45,850 nt of DNA, taken from Anaerolineae bacterium (lineage in GTDB: Bacteria > Chloroflexota > Anaerolineae > Anaerolineales > UBA4823). Position 1 is the first letter of the stretch; the number at the start of each line of letters is the position of its first letter. The stretch covers positions 1-45,850 of the forward strand of contig JBGPBQ010000002.1 of NCBI GenBank assembly GCA_041481345.1, read 5' to 3'. Of this stretch, positions 1 through 7,287 are shown piece by piece. Both the position numbers and the translations under genes were made by a program. Under the pieces are notes generated by a model. The model made no database searches, was not told the DNA's origin, and saw only the letters and a list, made by a program, of their open reading frames with translations.

Positions 1-98
1 CATTTTTATTTTTCATGCCTTTTTTCTCCTTTTTTTTTCTGAATTGGGCAAGATTATAATATAGAAGCCAACTGGGGATTGCAAAATTCTGATGTCTG

Positions 99-956
99 AT
101 GTATAATGAGTTCATGGAAAAATATATCTCGCAAATAGAATTGATAAAAGAATTGGGTAAGTCAAAAATTATTGCAAATGAGCGCCTGCTGATTTCATGG
201 CGGGCGTGGGGCGCAATCCCCCACCGAAAGCGAGGGCTTGGCAGAGGCAAGGGCAGTGTCACTGAATACCCGGCCGCGGTCACACAACAGATCCAACGGC
301 TGCTTGAACTTCTCGACGAAAAGAGGTCGCTTGACTTTGCTATTTACCAACTGTGGCGGGAAGGCTATCCGGTCAATCTGCGCAAAGTAATCAAGCGCGA
401 CCTGAGGAAGATCAAGGATTTACAAGACGCGTTGTCAAAAAATGCATGGTATGATGGAGATGGAGAGCAAGGAGGAACCAACAAGAAGTACGGACAAAAA
501 CGTCTACCGCGTGGTGGACTTCTCGACCGTGTCCGCCGGACTTTGGGAAAGGAAGATTTCGTCTTTTTGGTTGAGGCTTTAGTAATCGGTTTTACGGCCT
601 TAGCCTACTACAAAGCAGAGCACATTAGTGCGTTCATGGAATTACTACCGGATCAATTAGACCGCGAAGGAATTGCGGTTGCATTGCAACACGTTGCCTC
701 TGACATGTCAATTGAGCACCTCGAAGTTACCCTAAATAATGCGCTAGATGCTGATTTTCCAATTGCATATAATAAACTGGAGACTGGCATAGACTGGCTT
801 AGAGTCAATTACCCCCTATTTGGAGATATCCCGCCCGTCAGTGAATGGCACGGTTTTATGCTATCACTCGGTTTACTCTTATGCTTATCACCATTCGCTG
901 ATCGGGGATTTTTAGAGATGTATCATCTAGAGACTGTGTTACCTGCGGAGATATGA
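99..956 (+). CDS. Hypothetical protein with N-terminal helix-turn-helix-like segment (neighbour of solo Cas1)
   Basis: 285-aa ORF. An alternative ATG at 114 lies 7 nt after a TATAAT at 102-107. The N-terminus ISQIELIKELGKSKIIANERLLISWRAWGAIP resembles a MerR/excisionase-type HTH. The rest matches no family I recognise. A strong terminator follows. Confidence 0.5.
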   Translation: MYNEFMEKYISQIELIKELGKSKIIANERLLISWRAWGAIPHRKRGLGRGKGSVTEYPAAVTQQIQRLLELLDEKRSLDFAIYQLWREGYPVNLRKVIKRDLRKIKDLQDALSKNAWYDGDGEQGGTNKKYGQKRLPRGGLLDRVRRTLGKEDFVFLVEALVIGFTALAYYKAEHISAFMELLPDQLDREGIAVALQHVASDMSIEHLEVTLNNALDADFPIAYNKLETGIDWLRVNYPLFGDIPPVSEWHGFMLSLGLLLCLSPFADRGFLEMYHLETVLPAEI

Positions 957-1084
957 TAAAATAAGGGCACAAAAGAAAGCGGGCTGCGCAAGCGTTCGAG
1001 ACGCTCACACAGCCCTGACCCTATAGCCGGAGTAAGCGGCGCAAGGGCTACACAAATTCTACCAGAGGCCTTTGTATATTTCAA

Positions 1085-1117
1085 CCACTTACCCGATATG
1101 GGTAAGTGGTTTTTTTA
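1085..1117 (+). terminator. Rho-independent terminator between the HTH-like gene and cas1
   Basis: Perfect 10-bp stem CCACTTACCC / GGGTAAGTGG with a 5-nt loop GATAT, followed by a run of 7 T. Confidence 0.75.
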
Positions 1118-1145
1118 TTTAGGCATTGATAGGAGGCATTTTACG

Positions 1146-2183
1146 ATGCAAACCAAACTTACCACCGAGCAGCGTTCAATACCAGTCAAAGATGGCACAG
1201 TCATACTCTCCGGTTACTCGGTCTCAGCAAAAACAGAAAAAGGTTTCTTATGTTTACATTATGGCTGTGCTGAGGATCAACATACGGCTAAGTATTCACC
1301 TGCCACCTGCAAGATCAAGCGCCTTGTAATCTTAGGGCATGATGGATATATTACTTTAGCAGCACTAAAATGGCTTTTCGACATCGGAGCGGGAATTATT
1401 CAAATCGGATTGGACGGTGAAATTATCCTTGCCAGTGCGCCTCACCGTGAACATATCGCTATCAAGCGCGCTCAATATGCCGCAGTGGATAACCAGAACG
1501 GTTGGGACATCACCACCTACCTTGTAACGCGTAAAGCCTATGGCCAAGCCCAGGTATTAAGCAAATACGCGCACAATGCAACTTGCACCTATCAGGGTGA
1601 CACATTAGATACCACTCGCTTTATCAAGTCGCGCGCTTCTGAAATCAAGCAAGCGCGGAGTATTCCCGAAGTGCTCGTGTTGGAGGGTATTATCGCTGTG
1701 GCTTACTGGGATGCTATCTCGAAAATTTACCTTCGGTTTAAAAAGAAAGACAGTAAATATCTACCTAATCACTGGCTTACTTTCGGGGCGCGACATTCGC
1801 TAATCAATCCAAAGGTAAACCGAAACGCAACTAATCCTGCTAACGCCATGTTAAACTATCTTTATGCTTTACTTTATGCTGAGACGTGTATTGCGTTGCT
1901 TGGAGTAGGGCTTGATCCTTATGCGGGCATTATCCATCAGGACAACCCCTACCGCGCTTCATTCGCTTATGATGTAATGGAAGCGGCACGCTCTGAGGTT
2001 GACGCGTGGCTACTGGACTTCGTATCTTCCTACACCTTCTCGCGCCACGACTTCTACCATAAACCTGACGGCGGGGTGCGGGTGTGCCTGCCTCTCGCCC
2101 GCCGCCTGGCTGAAACCGCCTCACTCTGGCGCGCCGCGGTCATTGAACCAGTGCATAAAGTGCGAGGCAGACTGGCACGTTGA
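1146..2183 (+). CDS. cas1: Cas1-family endonuclease/integrase homologue, stand-alone
   Basis: ATG at 1146 is preceded by TAGGAGG. The track start at 1098 lies inside the terminator stem. The Cas1 catalytic-domain pattern is present: VLEGIIAVAYWD, ATNPANAMLNYLYALLYAE, GLDPYAGIIHQD and SFAYDVMEAARSEVD (Glu, His, Asp/Glu). The N-terminal beta-domain pattern is ITLAALKWLFDIGAGIIQIGLDGE. Confidence 0.8.
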   Translation: MQTKLTTEQRSIPVKDGTVILSGYSVSAKTEKGFLCLHYGCAEDQHTAKYSPATCKIKRLVILGHDGYITLAALKWLFDIGAGIIQIGLDGEIILASAPHREHIAIKRAQYAAVDNQNGWDITTYLVTRKAYGQAQVLSKYAHNATCTYQGDTLDTTRFIKSRASEIKQARSIPEVLVLEGIIAVAYWDAISKIYLRFKKKDSKYLPNHWLTFGARHSLINPKVNRNATNPANAMLNYLYALLYAETCIALLGVGLDPYAGIIHQDNPYRASFAYDVMEAARSEVDAWLLDFVSSYTFSRHDFYHKPDGGVRVCLPLARRLAETASLWRAAVIEPVHKVRGRLAR

Positions 2184-2471
2184 GCCACGAGGGGAAGTAG
2201 GCTTAGTGGGGTAGGGACGGGGAATGGATCCACAAAAAAACGCAGGTCGAAGAATTAGCACGCGGAAATCTTCGAAGGCGCAGGATGCCTGTCCGATGGG
2301 TTAGGGTCGCATCGTAGACCCCCCCAAAACAAGGGGGGACTTGGACTCCCCCAATTACTTATAACCAGTAATTGGGGGAGGAGTAAAGTTATGTCAGTAA
2401 TCGAACTGTAGAATTCATCTCCCCTATCCCGAATATTTTTTCGGGATGGGGGAGGTGGGAGGGGGTCTTTT

Positions 2472-2915
2472 TTATGTGATGCTTGTGTAATGTAGAATAT
2501 AATGCTCGAGCTGGGTGATCATCTCCTTTTGCTCGGAGATGATAGAGCGCACCAGGTCACCAATCGAGACCATGCCGGTCATTTCTTCTCCCTCGACGAC
2601 GGGCAGGTGGCGGATATGTTTGGCAGTCATCAGGGTCAGACCCTGCTCGTTGGTCATATCGGGGGTGGCATAGACCACATGTGGGGTCATGATCTCGCGC
2701 ACGAAGGTCTTTCTGGACGTCTTCCCCAACAAGATGACCTTGCGGGCGTAGTCGCGCTCAGAGAATATCCCCACCAATTTTCCATACTCCATCACCGGCA
2801 GTGCTCCGACGTCTTTATCTGCCATGATCTGCAGAGCTTCATAAACAGTTGCGACCGGCGAGGTGCTCCAAACATCACTCCCCTTTTCACTTAAGATCTT
2901 GCGTATGGTTTGCAT
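2472..2915 (-). CDS. CBS-domain pair protein
   Basis: 147 aa with two CBS repeats: VYEALQIMADKDVGALPVME..LVGIFSERD and LTLMTAKHIRHLPVVEGEEMTGMVSIGDL. Confidence 0.85.
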   Translation of the reverse strand: MQTIRKILSEKGSDVWSTSPVATVYEALQIMADKDVGALPVMEYGKLVGIFSERDYARKVILLGKTSRKTFVREIMTPHVVYATPDMTNEQGLTLMTAKHIRHLPVVEGEEMTGMVSIGDLVRSIISEQKEMITQLEHYILHYTSIT

Positions 2916-3034
2916 TGTGTCTTCTCCTGGCGAATTATTATAAACCCTGGATTCCTGATGGAGGAATTATATTCAGAAATATGGATTTTACAAGCTACGA
3001 CTTATGAGAATCAGCAGGAAGTATAATTTACTGG

Positions 3035-3844
3035 ATGAATCTGCGCGCCGACCATGAACTTAAATCAGCCCTCTCCGAGCTTCAATCTGCTGAGGCTGAG
3101 CTCGAGGCACTGAAAAGGCAGCTGCGCTCCTTCGAAGACCAGGTGGATAGCCGTATGGGTAGTCTGCTGGATGAGTTATCTGATCTGAATGCCGAAACCC
3201 TTACCCTGGATGGGAAATTGAGGCATATCCGCGAAGTGCGTCTGTTTGGCAGCGACCTGATGAAGTACCTGGACGGTGCACCCCAGCCGCCTCGCACGCT
3301 TAATCTGGCAGACTTGCCTCCACCGGTGCTGGCAAGCCACAAAGGGGTCCAGCTGAATCCCAACCAAACAGCCACGCAGCAGGATATACAGGCACCCGAT
3401 ATCAAGGTGCTGTACCGCAGGCTGGCCCGCCGCTTCCACCCTGATCTGGCGCGCACTGATACCGAGCGTGCCCTGTCGAACGACCAGATGAAGGAGATTA
3501 ACCAAGCCTACACTGCAGGAGATTTGCGAACCCTCATGAGACTGGCGGGGATGACCCTCGCGTATGGGGTTGATTTTGGACCGCCATCGATTCTCCCAGA
3601 AGCTTTCCCAAGCCAACCTATGACCGAGCTGGAAAAGGCGAAGCGTAAGCTGGGAGGGCTGCGCCAGCAGATCAACAACCTGAGCAGCCTGCCGATTGTA
3701 AAGCTCAGCCTGGACGTCAAGCTGGCACGCCACCAGGGGCGTGACCTGCTGGGTGAGATGGCAGCTGAGTTACAGTACAAGGTTGCACGAAAAACCGCCG
3801 AGCGTGATTACCTGCGTTCACAGATCGCGGCAAGCGAGGTTTAA
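3035..3844 (+). CDS. J-domain (DnaJ-like) protein with N-terminal coiled coil
   Basis: YRRLARRFHPDLAR....MKEINQAYTAGD contains the HPD motif. Heptad-like Leu/Glu-rich segments flank it. Confidence 0.7.
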   Translation: MNLRADHELKSALSELQSAEAELEALKRQLRSFEDQVDSRMGSLLDELSDLNAETLTLDGKLRHIREVRLFGSDLMKYLDGAPQPPRTLNLADLPPPVLASHKGVQLNPNQTATQQDIQAPDIKVLYRRLARRFHPDLARTDTERALSNDQMKEINQAYTAGDLRTLMRLAGMTLAYGVDFGPPSILPEAFPSQPMTELEKAKRKLGGLRQQINNLSSLPIVKLSLDVKLARHQGRDLLGEMAAELQYKVARKTAERDYLRSQIAASEV

Positions 3845-3924
3845 TCTATGTAGCCGTCATCGCTGATGGCGGATGAATATAAATGTTTGACGATTCCGTG
3901 GGTGCCCTCTTTTGAAGAAAAACA

Positions 3925-4386
3925 TTAATAAATCGCCCTGGTTACAAGGGGTAAGTAAATTTTCATGATTGGTTGGGCCAAAAAATCACACGCTTTTAAC
4001 TCATGACCAGAATAGTGCTGCCAATAACAGGTATCAGCCTTGAACTGCAACCCTGACCGTTCAGCCCATACGGTGACCATTTCATCCCCCGGAATAGTAT
4101 AGAATACCGATTGGTAATTACCCACGTTATCGGTCGTAGCGATCAACAACTTCGCGTAACCGGCATACTTGGCATATATGGCCACATTTTCCACGCCCAC
4201 TCCATTCGAGTTTCGCACAGAACCAGAGACCACAATTCCAGGTGCAGTCTCTGGGACGGAAGTATTCTTAACTACAGTATTATCTGATCTGTGAGAATTA
4301 ATTACGCGTATACCCAATACAATGAGCACGATAAGCAGGTCAGCACATACGATCGCGATCAACAGCTGCCTTCCTTGTGATTTCAT
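3925..4386 (-). CDS. Membrane-anchored protein with carboxypeptidase-regulatory-like beta domain
   Basis: N-terminal TM helix LLIAIVCADLLIVLIVLGI, followed by SGSVRNSNGVGVENVAIY...TDNVGNY. Confidence 0.4.
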   Translation of the reverse strand: MKSQGRQLLIAIVCADLLIVLIVLGIRVINSHRSDNTVVKNTSVPETAPGIVVSGSVRNSNGVGVENVAIYAKYAGYAKLLIATTDNVGNYQSVFYTIPGDEMVTVWAERSGLQFKADTCYWQHYSGHELKACDFLAQPIMKIYLPLVTRAIY

Positions 4387-4395
4387 CCTGATCCC

Positions 4396-5193
4396 TTATC
4401 TTCCCTCAGCTGCTTTCCAAGCGCTGAATAAGGCATGCCCGGCTTGCATAAAATGTACCTCGATGCCGGTAAATCCCGCCTCCTCCAGCCATTTCAGCTG
4501 GTCGAGTAGCGGGCTGGGATGGTCAATGTCATCCGGGTCGAGGTAGCGGTAGGTGTTCCATCCCTCACGCAGGAAGAAATCGAATCCGGCCGCGCTTCCA
4601 TCCAGCTCCAACGAACGTTTACGCACCACCTCATCCCAGGCATCGGCAGCTACATTCCTGCCTGCGTTCGTCGCCGGCTCGACCATATCGGCGATGATGA
4701 ATGCCCCTCCCTGGGCGAGCATAGCGTACACATCCTTGAATAATAATCGCTTGCCTTCACCATCCAGGTGGTGGATGGCGAGCGAGGACACCACCGCATG
4801 GAATGACTGTTCGAGTCAGCGCCTGCATAAATCAGCCAGGTCGAAGCGGTTCAGTTTAACCCGCTCACCGAAGCGGGAGAGTCGCTACCCAGAATGTTCC
4901 AGCATCAGCGCGGATCCGTCCTGGCCAAGGTAAGTCGCCGAAGGCAGCCCATCCAGGATCAGCTCCGCCAACATACCCTCCCCTCACCCTAGCTCGAGGA
5001 TCAGGCTCGGCTGTGGGACCCCCTTGAGCAGGTCCACTATGATGCGCATCTGCCCCTCGCGCTCCGGCACAAAGGAGCGCCCGAAATCAAGGTAGCGCTT
5101 CGAGGTGTCTTCATCCCAGCGATTTTGGGAGAAATCCTCACTCATAAAATTGGGATAGCCTCCAATTGATCCAATTAAGTATGATTTAATCAT
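4396..5193 (-). pseudogene. Class I SAM-dependent methyltransferase disrupted by three in-frame stop codons
   Basis: ORFs 4984..5193 and 4396..4794 are in the same frame. Translating the gap gives ILELG*GEGMLAELILDGLPSATYLGQDGSALMLEHSG*RLSRFGERVKLNRFDLADLCRR*LEQSFHAVVSSLAIHHL. The stops are TGA at 4984-4986, TAG at 4885-4887 and TGA at 4816-4818. The first stop sits inside SAM motif I (ELGxGxG). There are no frameshifts. Confidence 0.75.
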
Positions 5194-5335
5194 ACCTCAA
5201 TTCATTAAAAGATATATAGCCGCCTCAACGATCACGGCTCGCCGTAATTGGATCATCCCCAATCCTTACAAACCTGTCAGTTATCCCATCCATGCCGGGC
5301 CTGTCTCATCAATTATATTGCGGTAAAATTAATTA

Positions 5336-6043
5336 ATGTTGTTTTCTCTGGTTTTGTTTCTGCTGCGAGCGATCCTGCGCATCATCTCTCGCGTTACTGT
5401 ATTTGGTGCCGAAAATATGCCCCCGGCTGGCACAATCTTTATTGTCGTCGCCAACCACATCGGGCGACTGGACCCAGGCTTCGTTTACTACCTGCTCAAC
5501 CGCAAAGATATCATCATGCTGGTGGCCGAGAAATATTATGAGCATGCCTGGTCACGAGTGCTGGCGCAAGCAGTCAACGGCATCTTCGTCGACCGCTATA
5601 ACGCCGACCTGGGCGCCTTGCGTGAGGTCCTGCGGCGGATAAAACAGGGTGGGATTGCTGTCATCGCCCCCGAGGGCACCCGCAGCCCCGATACATCACT
5701 GATCCAGGGATGGGATGGCGCGAGCTACATTGCAGCCAAGGCTGGCTTACCCATCCTGCCGGTAGGCATTGCCGGCAGTGGGGATAAAGAAGTGGTGGAA
5801 CGGCTGAAACATCTAAAACGCCTACAAGTGACCGTCAGCGTTGGCCCTACCTTCACCCTGCCCCCATTCGATAATAAGAAGCGTGACGAACAGCTGACAG
5901 CATCTACCGAAGAGATCATGTGCCGCATCGCAGCTGAGCTGCCGCCAGCGTATCGGGGCATTTATGCTGATCATCAGCGATTGAACGAGCTGCTGGCATC
6001 CAGGCCTGAGAAGATTCACCAGCCTCCGGTGGTGCTGGGATGA
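5336..6043 (+). CDS. 1-acyl-sn-glycerol-3-phosphate (lysophospholipid) acyltransferase, PlsC family
   Basis: NHIGRLD (the NHx4D motif) and APEGTRS motifs. Hydrophobic N-terminus. Confidence 0.8.
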   Translation: MLFSLVLFLLRAILRIISRVTVFGAENMPPAGTIFIVVANHIGRLDPGFVYYLLNRKDIIMLVAEKYYEHAWSRVLAQAVNGIFVDRYNADLGALREVLRRIKQGGIAVIAPEGTRSPDTSLIQGWDGASYIAAKAGLPILPVGIAGSGDKEVVERLKHLKRLQVTVSVGPTFTLPPFDNKKRDEQLTASTEEIMCRIAAELPPAYRGIYADHQRLNELLASRPEKIHQPPVVLG

Positions 6044-6068
6044 GCACCATGGACAGGATGACCCTCGA

Positions 6069-6638
6069 ATGAACATTAATCGGCGTCTCAATGCCATCGC
6101 GGAAGCCCGCCTCCTGCTTGAATCCAATCCTGTGTATTTAGATACAGAGACCACCGGCTTGCACCAGACCGCCGAGGTGATCGAGATCGGGATTATCGAC
6201 GAGCAGGGAGAGATACTGCTTGAACAGCGTATCCGACCGCGTGGCAAGATCGATCCTGCTGCAGCACGTTTGCACGGGATAACCCTCGAAATGCTAGCTG
6301 GTGCCCCCACTTGGGAACAGGTCTGGCCCCAGGCAGAGGCCGTTCTATTGGATAAAAGGGTCGGGGTGTATAATGTTGAGTTCGATCTGCGTTTGATCAA
6401 GCAATCGAACCAACAAACCTGGCTGCGATCGAATTTGCTGGAGAGCAATTTCTTCGATATCATGAAGCTGTATGCACGTTATTTTGGAGATTGGGACCCT
6501 TACCGTCAATCATTCCGCTACCAGTCATTGGAATTGGCTGGCAGGCAATGCGGTATTCAGCTGCCCAATTCTCACGGTGCGGTGGATGACTGCCTGCTGA
6601 CACGGGCATTATTGCACCACATGGCGGAAAGTGTATGA
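6069..6638 (+). CDS. DEDDh 3'-5' exonuclease (DnaQ/epsilon-like domain)
   Basis: ExoI VYLDTETTGL, ExoII VYNVEFDLRL and ExoIII SHGAVDDCL are all intact. Confidence 0.8.
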   Translation: MNINRRLNAIAEARLLLESNPVYLDTETTGLHQTAEVIEIGIIDEQGEILLEQRIRPRGKIDPAAARLHGITLEMLAGAPTWEQVWPQAEAVLLDKRVGVYNVEFDLRLIKQSNQQTWLRSNLLESNFFDIMKLYARYFGDWDPYRQSFRYQSLELAGRQCGIQLPNSHGAVDDCLLTRALLHHMAESV

Positions 6639-6675
6639 GTTTATTTTCTAACTCCTTTCAGGACTTGACCTTGAA

Positions 6676-6710
6676 AGCTAATTGCCAGATGCTAACTGCT
6701 AATTGCCAAC
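6676..6710. repeat. Short heptanucleotide tandem repeat (5 units, TGCYARN)
   Basis: AGCTAAT TGCCAGA TGCTAAC TGCTAAT TGCCAAC, immediately upstream of the ATG at 6712. Confidence 0.6.
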
Positions 6711-6711
6711 C

Positions 6712-7287
6712 ATGAGCCTACTTGATGCCCAACTTGAAGCCCGAAACCTGCTCCAGCAGGGCCCGTTGTTCTTGCACAGTAAGACGACAGGTGCTTTGGA
6801 GCTTTCTGAGGTGGTGGAAATTGCCATTCTTGACAGCTCCGGCATGCCTCTGGTGGACGAGCTGGTGAAGCCGAAGCGTCACATCCGGCCGAATGCCACG
6901 CAGGAACACGGCGTCACCGATGATATGGTGGAAACAGCCCCCAGGTGGGCGGAGATCCTACCTAGGGTCGAGGAAGTCCTGGTTGGGAAGAAAGTCTGCG
7001 TGTATGATCATGCCAGTGAGCTGCAGGCGCTGCAAAATTCGTACAATAATATCCACCAGCGTTGGGTTCTGGATTCTGATAATTTCTACAGCTTGATGGA
7101 CTTATTTTCTCGTTATAAGAACGAACGCGATCCCCGAACGGGAGCGTTCCTAACCTATTCGCTTGAAGAGGCAGCCCGCCTGGTGGGGATCGACATTGAG
7201 ATCATCGCTTTTCGGCGTGCGCATGAGGATGCCTGGCTGATGCGCGCGATTTTATTGGCAATTGCAGGTTGGAAGGTTTATTATTAA
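6712..7287 (+). CDS. Exonuclease-fold paralogue with degenerate catalytic residues
   Basis: Collinear with the upstream exonuclease, but ExoI is LFLHSKTTG (D to H, E to K), ExoII is VYDHASELQ, and the ExoIII His is replaced (RRAHEDAWL aligns with SHGAVDDCL). I prefer ATG 6712 over TTG 6703. The stop TAA overlaps the ATPase ATG (TAATG). Confidence 0.65.
   Translation: MSLLDAQLEARNLLQQGPLFLHSKTTGALELSEVVEIAILDSSGMPLVDELVKPKRHIRPNATQEHGVTDDMVETAPRWAEILPRVEEVLVGKKVCVYDHASELQALQNSYNNIHQRWVLDSDNFYSLMDLFSRYKNERDPRTGAFLTYSLEEAARLVGIDIEIIAFRRAHEDAWLMRAILLAIAGWKVYY

Noticed and set aside
1098-1145. Track start codon for the Cas1 ORF (MGKWFFYLG...)
   Set aside because: The ATG at 1098 lies inside the terminator stem-loop and its T-run. 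The ATG at 1146 has a TAGGAGG RBS and is the credible start.
2184-2471. Possible CRISPR array next to cas1
   Set aside because: The region contains hairpins but no repeat-spacer periodicity. No direct repeat of 24-40 nt recurs at regular spacing here or elsewhere in the window.
4816-4986. Stop-codon recoding (Sec/Pyl) in the methyltransferase
   Set aside because: The stops mix TGA and TAG. I saw no downstream hairpins like the one at 37671-37687. One stop disrupts the glycine-rich SAM motif, where Sec or Pyl makes no sense. A pseudogene is the simpler reading.
5822-6463. 213-aa minus-strand ORF, and similar long antisense ORFs (3176-3733, 7632-8183, 9020-9436, 13401-13895, 27833-28375, 28176-28616, 29622-30065, 32939-33271)
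   Set aside because: Each lies antisense to, or out of frame within, a gene with clear family motifs. Their Arg/Ser/Pro/Gly-rich composition is typical of shadow ORFs in GC-rich coding DNA.
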